The notes: a model not told the origin generated them from the sequence alone. Shown: positions 37,744 through 48,560, counted from the stretch's first letter. The stretch is 64,000 nucleotides of DNA from Eubacteriales bacterium (GCA_030524745.1 JAUNGC010000022.1:1017-65016), one strand, 5' to 3'. Made by a program: numbers and translations.

Positions 37744-38178
37744 ATGTTAAACGTAGGAAAAATAGAGGAAGGCTTTGTGCTGGATCACATTCAGGCGGGC
37801 ATGGCCATGTCCATTTACCACCATCTGCAGTTGGACAAACTGGACTGCACCGTCGCCATCATCAAAAACGCCCGCAGCAATAAAAAAGGCAAAAAGGATA
37901 TTTTAAAGGTGGAATGCGATGTGGACATGCTCGATCTCGACGTGCTGGGATTCATCGACCACAACATTACCGTCAACGTCATTCAGAACGGGGAAATTGT
38001 GGAAAAGAAAAAACTCCACCTTCCCAGACAAATCAAAAATGTCATCCGCTGTAAAAATCCGCGCTGCATCACTTCAATCGAGCAGGAACTGCCGCACATT
38101 TTCGTGCTTTCCGATAAGGAAAAAGAGATTTACCGCTGCAAATATTGCGAAGAGAAGTTTGATAAGCGTAATTTATGA
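37744..38178 (+). CDS. pyrI: Aspartate carbamoyltransferase regulatory chain
   Basis: VLDHI, KKDILKVE and Zn motif CKNPRCIT...YRCKYCE. Confidence 0.95.
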   Translation: MLNVGKIEEGFVLDHIQAGMAMSIYHHLQLDKLDCTVAIIKNARSNKKGKKDILKVECDVDMLDLDVLGFIDHNITVNVIQNGEIVEKKKLHLPRQIKNVIRCKNPRCITSIEQELPHIFVLSDKEKEIYRCKYCEEKFDKRNL

Positions 38179-38324
38179 AATACTTTCGTAAATTTTAAGA
38201 ACGGAATAGATTGCATCTGCCAAAAGCTTGTTGTAAAATAGAGGCGATATGTTTTACAACAAGCATCGGCAGTTTTAAGGTGAAAGCTTTGACTGCATGA
38301 AAATACAAAGAGGAGCATTCACAA

Positions 38325-38888
38325 ATGTCTTTTATTGACGATCTCAAACGCGAATTATTACAGGGAAAGACGCCGGAACAGGAATCTTCCTGCCCGTCTG
38401 CCAATCAGGAACGCTTTCAGGAATTTTTACAGGAAGAAACTGCCGCCCTGCAGCAGAAAATACGGGAAGACGCCAGAAGAGGGAAATATCAGCGCATCGG
38501 GGATAAGCATATTTTCAAAGGAGTCCGGCCCTGGCATGAGGGCGATTACCGGCACGGCACCGAATCCCTCGCCACATTCTATTCTTTCCTGGCGCGGGAC
38601 ACGATCCTGGAAAGAGTCGTTTTAAGCCAGCGCAAGAAACTGATCGGCGGTTACAGCTATGAGGTGCGCTATTCTCTCAGCCGGGAAGGCAGCGCATATT
38701 TTGAGACCTTTACAAAAGAACTCGCCAGAGAAGGCATTCAGATCAGCGGGCTTTACGTTCAGGAAGAAAACGGCGCAACCCAGCCCCTTCCCTACATCGA
38801 CCGGGGAGACGTCAAATATGACTTCGAACTGGAACACCATCTGATCGATTATCCGAAACTTTGCTATTCCTATCTGCTGGAATTCTGA
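38325..38888 (+). CDS. Hypothetical protein
   Basis: 187-aa ORF with an AGGAG RBS. No recognised motif. Confidence 0.7.
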   Translation: MSFIDDLKRELLQGKTPEQESSCPSANQERFQEFLQEETAALQQKIREDARRGKYQRIGDKHIFKGVRPWHEGDYRHGTESLATFYSFLARDTILERVVLSQRKKLIGGYSYEVRYSLSREGSAYFETFTKELAREGIQISGLYVQEENGATQPLPYIDRGDVKYDFELEHHLIDYPKLCYSYLLEF

Positions 38889-38976
38889 TACAAAGCCAAA
38901 GCGGCGCATGAGGATGAAAAACTTCTCCTCTGCGCCGCTTTTTGTTACCGTTCACTCCGTGACCGGCAACGCTTTT

Positions 38977-39753
38977 TTATCCTAATGCTACGTCCAGCAT
39001 CATCATAATCACAAATCCAACGGCAAAACCGATGGTTCCGATGTTGCTGTGCTCCCCTTCCGAAGCTTCCGGGATCAATTCCTCCACCACCACGTAAATC
39101 ATGGCGCCTGCCGCGAAAGCAAGAAGATACGGCAGGACCGGTTCGATAAGAGAAGCCAGCAGAATCGTCAGCACTGCAGCAACAGGCTCCACCACGCCGG
39201 ACAGCATTCCATTCAGAAACGCTTTCTTCCGGGATTCTCCTTCGCTGCGCAGAGGAAGGCTGATAATCGCCCCTTCCGGGAAATTCTGAATGGCGATTCC
39301 AATCGAAAGCACCAGAGCGCCGGCCATGGAAACCTGGCTCTCTCCCATGAGCGCCCCCGCCAGCACCACGCCCACCGCCATTCCTTCCGGAATATTATGC
39401 AGCGTCACGGCAAGGACAAGCATGGTTGTTTTTTTTAACGTCGTCTTCGGCCCTTCCGACACCTCGCTTCCAAGATGCAGATGGGGCACGATCCGATCCA
39501 TCAGCAGTAAAAAAGCCACTCCCAAAAGCAATCCCGCCGCCGCGGGAAGAAAAGCCAGCCGTCCCATGCTTTCCGACATATCCATGGCAGGAATGAGCAG
39601 CGACCATACGGAGGCCGCCACCATGACGCCGGAAGCGAATCCCAAAAGCGCCTTTTGTACCAACGGCTTAATCTCATTTTTTAAAAAGAAAACGCAGGCC
39701 GCTCCGGCCGTTGTCCCGATAAAAGGAATTATGACTCCCCAGAAAAGTTCCAT
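38977..39753 (-). CDS. zupT: ZIP family zinc/metal transporter
   Basis: GFASGVM, HNIPEG, QNFPEG and EELIPE. ATG at 39753 follows GAGGTG. Confidence 0.9.
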   Translation of the reverse strand: MELFWGVIIPFIGTTAGAACVFFLKNEIKPLVQKALLGFASGVMVAASVWSLLIPAMDMSESMGRLAFLPAAAGLLLGVAFLLLMDRIVPHLHLGSEVSEGPKTTLKKTTMLVLAVTLHNIPEGMAVGVVLAGALMGESQVSMAGALVLSIGIAIQNFPEGAIISLPLRSEGESRKKAFLNGMLSGVVEPVAAVLTILLASLIEPVLPYLLAFAAGAMIYVVVEELIPEASEGEHSNIGTIGFAVGFVIMMMLDVALG

Positions 39754-39808
39754 CTTCCACCTCATTCTCATTTTTTGAGTGCTGTCAATATAATATGCTG
39801 ACAGTCCG

Positions 39809-40627
39809 CTACCGTTCCCTGATCCAGGCAAACAGGGAACTCACCACAAAGAGCGCCAGATCCACCACCACAATGCTCGCGCCGGCCGGCGTCCCGTACA
39901 AAAAGGAAATGCACATCCCCATCCCAAAGCCCAGCGCCGCCAGCACAACCGAACTGACGATCACGCTGAAATAACTCTTAAAAAGCCGCATGGAGGTCAG
40001 CGCCGGAAACACAATCAGGCTGGAAATCAGAAGCGCTCCCATCATGCGCATGCCCAGCACCACAACCACCGCCGTCAGAATTGCCAGCATGGAATTGTAG
40101 ATTCCGGTCCGGATTCCCGTGGCCCTCGCAAAATTTTCATCAAAAGTCACCGCAAACAATTTTTCATAAAAAAAGCCGTAAAACAGAAGAACCGCCAGCG
40201 ACAGGATCACGCTCAGCGCTACGTCCTGCTTCGACATTGCCAAAATGGAGCCGAACAGGTAGCTGTTTAGATCGGCGTTCATTCCCGTGCTCACCGAGAT
40301 CACCATGACGCCGATTGCCAGCGCCCCGGTGGAGAAGACAGCGGTCGCGGCGTCTCCTTTCATTTTCCCCGATTCGCTCAGCCTAAGCAGCAAAAAGGCC
40401 GCTAAAATCACGACCGGAACCGCCACCGCAAGGGGCGCCAGATTCAGGGCGGAAGCCACCGCCAAAGCCCCAAAGCCCACATGGGAAAGACCGTCCCCGA
40501 TCATGGAATACCGCTTCAGCACAAGGCTGACGCCCAAAAGCGCCGCGCACAGAGAGAGAAGTCCCCCCGCCACCATTGCGCGCACCATAAACGGATAGGA
40601 AAACATCTCAAACAGATAATGTATCAT
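39809..40627 (-). CDS. znuB: Zn/Mn ABC transporter permease
   Basis: GDGLSH, YLFGSIL, FDE.FA and G.LLISSLIVFPA. Confidence 0.88.
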   Translation of the reverse strand: MIHYLFEMFSYPFMVRAMVAGGLLSLCAALLGVSLVLKRYSMIGDGLSHVGFGALAVASALNLAPLAVAVPVVILAAFLLLRLSESGKMKGDAATAVFSTGALAIGVMVISVSTGMNADLNSYLFGSILAMSKQDVALSVILSLAVLLFYGFFYEKLFAVTFDENFARATGIRTGIYNSMLAILTAVVVVLGMRMMGALLISSLIVFPALTSMRLFKSYFSVIVSSVVLAALGFGMGMCISFLYGTPAGASIVVVDLALFVVSSLFAWIRER

Positions 40628-41331
40628 AACTCGCACCTCTTAAAAAACCGTTTCCCTTCCTCGCTGTCCAAATATTCCTGTGTCGTTCCGTAAAAATACT
40701 TATCCTGGGACAACTGCAGAATATGATCCGCATGGGCAAATGCCTCCCGGATCGCATGGGAAACCATGATAACCGTAATCTGATGCTTCTTATTCAATTT
40801 CAGCAGAAGATGGTAAAAATCTTCCGTCGCCACCGGGTCCAGTCCCGTCGTTGGCTCGTCCAGCAAAATCAGCTTCTTCGCCGCGCAAAGAGAACGCGCC
40901 AGCAGCACCCGCTGTCTCTGCCCGCCCGACAAATCCTTAAAGCTTTTATGTTTTAAATCTGCGATTCCCAGAATTTCCAGTTTTTCTGCGGCAGTCTGCT
41001 TCTCTTTGCCGCTAAATCCGGGCCGGAGTCCACGGCTGCTTAAGCAGCCGGAAAGCACCACTTCCCACACGGACGCCGGAAAATCCCGCTGCGCCAGCGT
41101 CTGCTGCGGAACATAGCCGATCTGCGTCTGCTTTATCCCCTCGCCCAGCACAATTTTGCCCGCCGAAGGCTTTTTCAGCCCCAGCATGCCTTTCATCAAC
41201 GTGGATTTTCCGGTGCCGTTTTCTCCGATAATGCACAGGTAATCTCCCTCTTCCACCGTAAAACTCAAGTCTGAAACGACTACCTGATTTTCATAGGAAA
41301 ATGACACACGGTCGCATTGCAAACAGAACAT
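40624..41331 (-). CDS. znuC: Zn/Mn ABC transporter ATPase
   Basis: GENGTGKST, LSGGQRQR and LDEPTTGLD. Confidence 0.88.
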   Translation of the reverse strand: MFCLQCDRVSFSYENQVVVSDLSFTVEEGDYLCIIGENGTGKSTLMKGMLGLKKPSAGKIVLGEGIKQTQIGYVPQQTLAQRDFPASVWEVVLSGCLSSRGLRPGFSGKEKQTAAEKLEILGIADLKHKSFKDLSGGQRQRVLLARSLCAAKKLILLDEPTTGLDPVATEDFYHLLLKLNKKHQITVIMVSHAIREAFAHADHILQLSQDKYFYGTTQEYLDSEEGKRFFKRCEL

Positions 41332-41345
41332 GTTTTCTTTCCTTT

Positions 41346-42416
41346 CTATTGTGAAAGAGCCTCTCTGAGCGCTTCCACATTTCTGTACATGAGCGACAGA
41401 TAATCCTCTCCTGCCGCCAGATCGTCTGCGGTTATGGAATGGCCGGAATAGAATACAGCCGTCCTCGCTCCCGTCGTCTCCGCAATCGCTTCGGCAATCT
41501 TTCCGTTCGACATTTCCAGATAAAAAACCACCGGAATCTGTTCCTCTTTTACCTTATCCGTCAAAAAGGCGATCATCGCCGCGCTCGGCTCCGTTTCCAT
41601 GCTGCACCCCGGAAAGGCGGCATAATATTCCAGATCATAGGTTTTTACAAAATACAGCAGCGGAAAACGGTCCCCGAACACGAGCGTTCTGCGGTCTGCT
41701 GAATTTACCACTTCCCAAAAGGCGGCGTCCAGCTTTTTCAGTTCTTCCACATAAGCCGCCGCGTTTTCTTCAAAAACAGCCGCATGCGCCGGATCCTTTT
41801 CAGACAGGATTCCGCAGATTTTTTCCACGATCACAATCGCATTCTGAGGAGAAGTCCAGACATGTTCGTCATACTCTTCTTCCCCCAGGTGCACGGCATG
41901 TTCCTGTTGCTCATGCGGGTCTGCCGCTTCCTGCTCATGATCATGCGCATCATGTTCATGCGTATGCGTATGTCCTTTTACCTGCATGCCTTCTGCGGTC
42001 TCTTCCTCCAGCGGATCCACCCAGTCAAGCAGTGCAAAGGGATCTGTCTGCCCGTCGTTCCCGGCCAGCAGATCTTCCACCCAGACGTCCGATTCTCCGC
42101 CTGCATACATAAAGATGTCGCTGTTCATAATTTTCACAATATCCGCCGGCGTCGGCTCATAGGAATGACTTTCCATGCCCGGCTTCAGCAGCATGGTCAC
42201 TTCCACATGGTCGCCTCCTACCCGCTTTACAAAATCGTACGGCGGAAAAATGGTGGTCACAATCTGCAGTTTTTCCTCTTCCCCTTCGCCGTACGCTCCG
42301 CTCTGCGTCTCATCCGCCGCAGTCATATCATGATTTGCATTGCCATTTATCTTTTGTCCGCAGCCGGACAGCAGTATGAACAGTGCCGCCAATATGATAC
42401 TGACTTTATTCTTCAT
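41346..42416 (-). CDS. znuA: Zn-binding ABC lipoprotein with a His-rich loop
   Basis: Lipobox LSGC, SHSYEP, His-rich tract and DEHVWTSP. Confidence 0.9.
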   Translation of the reverse strand: MKNKVSIILAALFILLSGCGQKINGNANHDMTAADETQSGAYGEGEEEKLQIVTTIFPPYDFVKRVGGDHVEVTMLLKPGMESHSYEPTPADIVKIMNSDIFMYAGGESDVWVEDLLAGNDGQTDPFALLDWVDPLEEETAEGMQVKGHTHTHEHDAHDHEQEAADPHEQQEHAVHLGEEEYDEHVWTSPQNAIVIVEKICGILSEKDPAHAAVFEENAAAYVEELKKLDAAFWEVVNSADRRTLVFGDRFPLLYFVKTYDLEYYAAFPGCSMETEPSAAMIAFLTDKVKEEQIPVVFYLEMSNGKIAEAIAETTGARTAVFYSGHSITADDLAAGEDYLSLMYRNVEALREALSQ

Positions 42417-43365
42417 TCTTTTTCTTCTTTCTATACTCCGTCGCGGAGCGTTTGAGTTCTTCAAGCGCTTCCGCAAATCTTCCGGAAACCATCGTGGGAT
42501 TTCCTTTAATCATACTGCGCTTTATGAAATCGCTGACAAACTGGCCCGCTTCCCGCTTTTCCACATCTGTCCGGAATTTGCTGCGCAGTTCCAATAATTC
42601 GTCTCTTTTCTCCAGGAGCAGTTCCGAAGCGGGCAGCGCTTCCCTGATTCTGCCAAACTTTCCTTCAATGTTTTCCACCAGTTCATCCCAGCGCAAAACA
42701 AATTCTTCCAGCCTTTCCGCCCGTTCTTCTTCCCGCTCCTTCTTCCGGTTCTCCATGGCCTCGTCGTTTAAAGCGATAATGACATCCAGCCGTTTCTGCA
42801 TGCGTTCCAGTTCCAGCTTCGCCTGTTCCATTTTGATGAGCAGATCGCGCAGATCCAGCGCAGCCCTGAAGGAAAGCGTAAAGTCCACAACGAAATATAC
42901 CGCAATCAGCATCGTGACCAGCGTCAGGATTCCCTCCGGAAGCCAGAACGCAAAGCGCTCAATCGGTCTGTGAACAACGCGGGTCATCAAAATCGTCAAA
43001 AAGCCCCATGCCAGAGAAGATCCCAAACAGATCTGTCCCTGAAAATTGAATTTATTCTGAGAATAATCCCAATACCGCACCTTGAACAGCGCCTCCATCG
43101 TAACGCCCGTCACATACTCCAGAGCGGTCGCTCCTATGCAGCCCGCGATATAAGTCAGAATCAGGCTGGAAGAAAAAGGCGCGGATACAATGAGCATCAT
43201 CAGCGCGCCGCTGCCATACAGCGGCAGAAAAGGGCCTCTGATAAAGCCCCGGTTTACCGGCTTTTTGCTTTTCAAAGTAACATATGTCGATTCAAAACAC
43301 CAACCGAAAAAGCTATAGAAAAAAAAGAAGAACAGCCATTGAATCCAGGTATAGCCAAGCAACAT
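42406..43365 (-). CDS. Putative ABC permease (CmpB-like) with a C-terminal coiled coil
   Basis: GWCFE, NRGF..GP.LPLYG, EY.TG and WDYS..KFN..GQICL. Confidence 0.75.
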   Translation of the reverse strand: MLLGYTWIQWLFFFFFYSFFGWCFESTYVTLKSKKPVNRGFIRGPFLPLYGSGALMMLIVSAPFSSSLILTYIAGCIGATALEYVTGVTMEALFKVRYWDYSQNKFNFQGQICLGSSLAWGFLTILMTRVVHRPIERFAFWLPEGILTLVTMLIAVYFVVDFTLSFRAALDLRDLLIKMEQAKLELERMQKRLDVIIALNDEAMENRKKEREEERAERLEEFVLRWDELVENIEGKFGRIREALPASELLLEKRDELLELRSKFRTDVEKREAGQFVSDFIKRSMIKGNPTMVSGRFAEALEELKRSATEYRKKKKNEE

Positions 43366-43431
43366 GTTTCTTTCCCCTTTCGTCGTAAAGCGCCGCACGC
43401 GGCGGCACAATGAAAATCATAAACGCACAGT

Positions 43432-44199
43432 TCACACAAACAAATCAATTCCGATGACCAGCTTTCCCTTCCTGGTCGCATGTTTTTCTTCCCTGAAAAT
43501 AAATTTTCCATACCCTCTGGCAGAAACCACATCGCCGGGTTTTAAGGAATAACTGTTATTCTCCTGCAGCCGTCCGTTTACAAACACCTTCTTCTGCCGG
43601 AAAAGTTCCAGACTCCGGCTCCGGGAAAGATTCCAGACCGCCGCCGTCACCCCGTCGCAGCGCAGGCTGGACACATTCTCTTCCTTCGGCATCAGCTTTC
43701 GCACCGGCATATTTTCAGCGCCCTCCACTCTGCTGCAGCGCACATGGGTATGACGGACCTGACTCAGATTTTCCATCAGGTAAGGCGCCATGGTCTCCGA
43801 ACAGAAAACATACGCTTTTTTTCCATCTATAAAAATATCGCCCACAGTGCTCCTGTCTATCCCCAGATTCATGATAGCGCCAAGGAAATCCCTGTGGGTG
43901 AACGTGTCTGAAAATTTTTCCAAAAGCGGTTCGATGCGCAGACAGACGACAGGGAACGGCTCTTCATACCCGAAGGCTTCCGGATCCCCAAACCGCGCCA
44001 TCTGCCGCTCTGCATGCTCTGCGCCGCCATATAGCCGGACCACCGCTCCCGCCTCTTTTGCTGCCTTCCAGAGCATGTCCTGCTCCGCCAGAGACAAAAA
44101 ACCGGTGAAGGCAAACAGATTCTGCCGCCAGGACCTGTCCGCCAGATCCAGAAAACGCTTTTTTAACTGCTGCAACTCCTTCTCCGTCTCCGCCGCCAC
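43432..44199 (-). CDS. ylmH: YlmH/Sll1252-like S4-domain RNA-binding protein
   Basis: HRDFLGAIMNLGI.R...GDI, SLRCD and S4 domain ISARGYGK-like C-terminus. Confidence 0.85.
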   Translation of the reverse strand: MAAETEKELQQLKKRFLDLADRSWRQNLFAFTGFLSLAEQDMLWKAAKEAGAVVRLYGGAEHAERQMARFGDPEAFGYEEPFPVVCLRIEPLLEKFSDTFTHRDFLGAIMNLGIDRSTVGDIFIDGKKAYVFCSETMAPYLMENLSQVRHTHVRCSRVEGAENMPVRKLMPKEENVSSLRCDGVTAAVWNLSRSRSLELFRQKKVFVNGRLQENNSYSLKPGDVVSARGYGKFIFREEKHATRKGKLVIGIDLFV

Positions 44200-44244
44200 C
44201 GTCCGTCTCCCTTCTCATTTCTTCTTCTGCTCTTTCAAAACATC

Positions 44245-45174
44245 TCACGTAAAACTGATGACAGCCTCCTTAGGCTGTTTTGCTTTCGTCACGGAAACCG
44301 CATGCAGCACAGGACCTTCTCCTTCATAATCTGCAAAATACTCCCGCTTCACAACCGCGGTTACCTTCACCCAGTCCCGCTCCTGGTAAAGATCGATCTT
44401 ATCATAAACACAGACGAATCCCAGGAATGTCATGTCCTCGGCACAGCAGGTCATCGCCATGCGCCCGGGCACAAAATATCCCTCCGGGAACCCCTGAGGC
44501 TTCATCACCATCGCAATGAACTGAATCGTCTTTCCCTCATAACGCTCCAGATGATCCAGACTGTCCAGATACCAGATCCCATAACTTTTGTCATCCAGCT
44601 CAATCGGATCATCCTTCAGATCATACGGAAGATCTTCCTCCATAATTTCATCGATCTCTCCGTTCTGGTCTTCAAAAACGATATCGGCGTTCTGATTCAA
44701 CGCCTTCACATTCCGCTTATACACGTTCAGATCTTCAATTCCGTCACAGCGGTTGAAGATAATCATTTCCGACTTGCGGATCATATCGGAAACCATGGAT
44801 TTCATATTGTTAAAATAGGTGGGAAAGGTAGACGCATCGATTGTGGTGATCTGCTGCTCCACACGCCAGTGCCAGGGCAGGCGCAGATCGCGGAACTTCC
44901 ACATGCCGTTATACTCAATAATGATGCGCTCCGGACGATGCTTCTTTTCCAGTTCCGTCATCTTATTGACCGTAAAATCCTCTTCCTTCTCAATCACTTC
45001 CACAACGGTATTACTGCGCTTCAAAACATCGGGATCATACTCCACTTCTCCCTCTTCGCACAGAAAAAGCAGCGTTTTCCCGGAAATCTGAAAATACGGC
45101 TGATCCAGCGTAAAATTAATGAACTCCGTTTTTCCGCTCTCCAAAAAGCCATTGATGATATATACCGGTTTCAT
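44245..45174 (-). CDS. CobW-like GTPase domain fused to a DUF1980-like C-terminal domain
   Basis: GFLESGKT, IEYNG and C-terminal GRMAMTCCAED. Confidence 0.75.
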   Translation of the reverse strand: MKPVYIINGFLESGKTEFINFTLDQPYFQISGKTLLFLCEEGEVEYDPDVLKRSNTVVEVIEKEEDFTVNKMTELEKKHRPERIIIEYNGMWKFRDLRLPWHWRVEQQITTIDASTFPTYFNNMKSMVSDMIRKSEMIIFNRCDGIEDLNVYKRNVKALNQNADIVFEDQNGEIDEIMEEDLPYDLKDDPIELDDKSYGIWYLDSLDHLERYEGKTIQFIAMVMKPQGFPEGYFVPGRMAMTCCAEDMTFLGFVCVYDKIDLYQERDWVKVTAVVKREYFADYEGEGPVLHAVSVTKAKQPKEAVISFT

Positions 45175-45223
45175 GACAACCTCCACACATGATTACAACA
45201 GTCCGAACCCGTCCTGTCTGCTA

Positions 45224-46285
45224 TTATTTTCTGAACAGTTTTTCCAGCGCCTCTTCCTTCAGCTTAGAACCGATCACACAGATCTTGCCGGTCACATCCG
45301 CCTTGCCTTCCCGCACATCGCTTTCGCCGGGCACATAATCAAAATACACCCAGGTTCCGTCCCCTGCTGGCACCATACCTTTTGCACGCAATACAATGCC
45401 ATAAGTCTCTTCATTCTCCAGCGCCGTCAGGCAGCCCGCAATTTCTTCCTTTGTATAAGATGCGGGCGTCTCAAAGCCCCAGCTTGTGAACACTTCATCC
45501 GCATGGTGATGATGATGATCATGCCCCTCATGATCGTGGTGGTGATGATGTCCGTGCTCCTCATGATCGTGGTCATGGCAGCCGCAGGTACAGTTTTCAT
45601 CATGCTCTTCATGATCGTGATGATGGTGATGATGCTCATGTTCCTCATGCATCGCCTTCACCTGCTCCATCAGTTCCGCTTCCAGATCCTTCGCGCCTTC
45701 GATCGTCTCCAGAATATCTTTGCCGTCCAACTCTGCCAAAGGCGTCGTAATAATCGTCGCCTTCGGATTATGTTCCCGGATCAGTTCCACCGCCTGCTTC
45801 ACCTTTTCTTCGGAAGCGATATCGGTACGGCTTAAAATGATCGTTCCCGCATGCTCGATCTGATTTACAAAAAACTCTCCGAAATTCTTCATATACATCC
45901 TGCACTTGGAAGCGTCCACTACAGCTACCGCGCTGTTCAATTCCACTTCCGTGCCCAGACCTGCATTCTGCACCGCTTTCATGACATCGGAAAGCTTGCC
46001 GACACCGGAAGGCTCAATGAGAATGCGCTCCGGATGGTATGTGTTGAGCACTTCTTTCAAAGACGCTCTGAAATCGCCCACCAGAGAACAGCAGATACAG
46101 CCGGAATTCATTTCCTTGATCTCAATTCCCGCATCTTTCAGAAATCCGCCGTCAATGCCGATCTCTCCGAATTCATTCTCGATCAGCACCACCTGGCTGC
46201 CAGCCAGCGCTTCCTTTAAAAGCTTCTTAATTAATGTTGTCTTTCCGGCTCCGAGAAAGCCGGATACGATATCTATTTTTGTCAT
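45224..46285 (-). CDS. COG0523/CobW-family metallochaperone GTPase, His-rich
   Basis: GFLGAGKTT, ENEFGE, GCICC, IEPSG and a long His tract. Confidence 0.92.
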   Translation of the reverse strand: MTKIDIVSGFLGAGKTTLIKKLLKEALAGSQVVLIENEFGEIGIDGGFLKDAGIEIKEMNSGCICCSLVGDFRASLKEVLNTYHPERILIEPSGVGKLSDVMKAVQNAGLGTEVELNSAVAVVDASKCRMYMKNFGEFFVNQIEHAGTIILSRTDIASEEKVKQAVELIREHNPKATIITTPLAELDGKDILETIEGAKDLEAELMEQVKAMHEEHEHHHHHHDHEEHDENCTCGCHDHDHEEHGHHHHHDHEGHDHHHHHADEVFTSWGFETPASYTKEEIAGCLTALENEETYGIVLRAKGMVPAGDGTWVYFDYVPGESDVREGKADVTGKICVIGSKLKEEALEKLFRK

Positions 46286-46535
46286 CCTAATTCCTCCGTT
46301 TCTGAAATGGTTATCGGTAAAGACGGTTTATCTCCCGTCAATCATCCTATTATTGTGCTCTAGTTTTCAAAAAATGTCAACCTTGACAGCCTAAAATTCA
46401 TTTTCTTTTTATATTACAAGGAAAACCTGGTCTCAGTGATTGGAAATACTTACCGGTAGCAATTTCGCTTTTTATCTGTTAGCATGTGCTTGTAACAAAT
46501 TTGTAACACTTTTGTAACATTCGAGGAGGTAACCA

Positions 46536-47237
46536 ATGAAAAGACAACTATTTACAGCAGCGCTGATTTCAGCCGCCGCAGCATACAGCGTATCCATGAC
46601 ATCTCACGCGGCGGAAGCAAAATTGCTCAAGCAGGGAAACGGATATGCCATCTTCGTCGGTCAGGGAAGCGAATGCCTGCAGCAGACCATAAAAGATATT
46701 TTTGAAAAGTTCGAAAACAATGGTATCTTCTGTCCGGAAATCCCCACCTTGCCGGACGGCGAACCGGAAACGCCCGAACTTCCTGATGTCCAGGAGCCGG
46801 AAACTCCGGTACAGCCCGATCACCAGGAGCCGGACGCCGATACTCCCGCGGAAGACGACTTTCATTCCTATGCACTGCAGATTCTGGATCTGGTCAACGC
46901 GGAACGGGCAAAAGCCGGACTTTCACAACTGAAACTGGATAAAAACGTCACCGCCGCTGCAAATGTAAGAGCAAAAGAAATCCAGCAGAGTTTTTCCCAT
47001 ACAAGACCTGACGGAAGCAGCTTCAGCAGCGCTTTGACACAGCAGGGCATTTCCTTTAAAAGAAACGGCGAAAATATCGCATGGGGCCAGAAATCACCGG
47101 AACAGGTCATGAATGCCTGGATGAACAGCGACGGACACCGGGACAATATCCTGAATCCCAATTTTGAAAACATCGGAATCGGATATTATCAGGATGCAAA
47201 CGGCACAAATTACTGGGTACAACTCTTCACAGCCTGA
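46536..47237 (+). CDS. Secreted CAP/SCP-domain protein (YkwD-like)
   Basis: Signal peptide, Pro/Glu linker, LVN.ER...G, FSHTRPDG, GENIA and WMNS.GH..NIL. Confidence 0.9.
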   Translation: MKRQLFTAALISAAAAYSVSMTSHAAEAKLLKQGNGYAIFVGQGSECLQQTIKDIFEKFENNGIFCPEIPTLPDGEPETPELPDVQEPETPVQPDHQEPDADTPAEDDFHSYALQILDLVNAERAKAGLSQLKLDKNVTAAANVRAKEIQQSFSHTRPDGSSFSSALTQQGISFKRNGENIAWGQKSPEQVMNAWMNSDGHRDNILNPNFENIGIGYYQDANGTNYWVQLFTA

Positions 47238-47250
47238 AGCCACACGAAAA

Positions 47251-47286
47251 GCTATGCAAAAGGTTCTCCGATTGCATAGCTTTTTT
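47251..47286 (+). terminator. Rho-independent terminator
   Basis: GCTATGCAA...TTGCATAGC followed by a T-run. Confidence 0.7.
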
Positions 47287-47397
47287 GCTTTTCAAACGCG
47301 CAGTCTTACGGAAGATTGCATTGCCTGCCATTACCGTATATAATAAAAAAATCCAGGTTCACGATTTAAAAAGGAACGATAGGGGGCGTTATGTCAA

Positions 47398-48291
47398 ATG
47401 ATAAAACAGATTAAATATTTTCAGGCAGTTGTCCGGCACAAGAGTTTCACGGAAGCGGCGGAGGAATGTTTTATCTCGCAGTCCGCTATCTCGCAACAGA
47501 TTCAGGCATTGGAGCAGGAACTGGGCGTAAAACTCTTAAATCGACAGAACCGGAAATTTTCTTTAACGCCTGCGGGTGAACATTTCTATCGGAAAAGCCT
47601 TATGCTGATTGCCGACTTTGAAAGAATGTGCAGCGAAACTGTCCGTATTGCGAATAAGGAACTGATGGAACTTCGCGTTGGATATTTGAAATGCTATGGC
47701 GGGCAGGAATTTCGTCTGGCGGTTGCAGAGTTTTCGGAAAAATACCCGGATGTTTCCGTACAGATTATAAATGGGAATCACGAGGATCTATATGCTGTTT
47801 TAAGGGACGGCGGCGTTGATTTGATCCTCAACGACCAGCGAAGAGCCTTTTCCGATGAATATGTCAATCATATTTTGATGACAAGCGAGTGCTATATAGA
47901 GATTGCAGCACGAAACCCGATTGCGGCTCTGGAATATGTGGAAACAGAAGATTTGAAAAATATTCCCTGCATTTTGGTGGCTTCTCCCGAACAGCAGGAA
48001 ACGGAGCGGATTTATTATCGTGAGATTGTTGGAATACAGGGCGACTTTTTGTTTGCAGAAAATTTAGAGGAAGCCCGCCTTCTTGTCGCTGGCGGAAAAG
48101 GCTTTATGCCGGTTGAGGGCGGGAAACATGAGCCGGATGCGGCGGCGTTTGGCCGGGTACTTTTGAAGCGCAGAGGGAATCCAATCAGGCGAGCGTATTG
48201 TGTGTTTTGGAAAGCGGACAATTCCGGCTATTACATCGAAGATTTTGCGGATATGCTGGAATCAAAATTTCCGGCTGACGGCAAGGCATAA
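47398..48291 (+). CDS. LysR family transcriptional regulator
   Basis: SFTEAAEECFISQSAISQQI..LE.ELG..L helix-turn-helix. Confidence 0.93.
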   Translation: MIKQIKYFQAVVRHKSFTEAAEECFISQSAISQQIQALEQELGVKLLNRQNRKFSLTPAGEHFYRKSLMLIADFERMCSETVRIANKELMELRVGYLKCYGGQEFRLAVAEFSEKYPDVSVQIINGNHEDLYAVLRDGGVDLILNDQRRAFSDEYVNHILMTSECYIEIAARNPIAALEYVETEDLKNIPCILVASPEQQETERIYYREIVGIQGDFLFAENLEEARLLVAGGKGFMPVEGGKHEPDAAAFGRVLLKRRGNPIRRAYCVFWKADNSGYYIEDFADMLESKFPADGKA

Positions 48292-48560
48292 AATTGAAAA
48301 TTGGCAGGCGAAAGACCGTATCTGAACCAGACAGATGCGGTCTTTTCGCATAAGTTTTTCTTATAGGATTGTCCGTGAATCCAAATTGCTCTCTGAAACG
48401 GAAATACCTAAAATAAAGACAGAAAGAAAGACAAAGGCGCGAAAGAAAGAGGATGATCCATGGAACAGGCACACGGAATCAAGAGGAGGTTGTGACCGGT
48501 ACCGGCAGCGTCCGTGGATTTCTCTGCCGGAGAATAAATGGACAATAGGAGGATTTTCAG

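Noticed and set aside
46286-46400. Zur box or metal riboswitch upstream of the zinc locus
   Set aside because: Only a short GACGG/CCGTC hairpin is present. No motif I can match to Zur or a known riboswitch.
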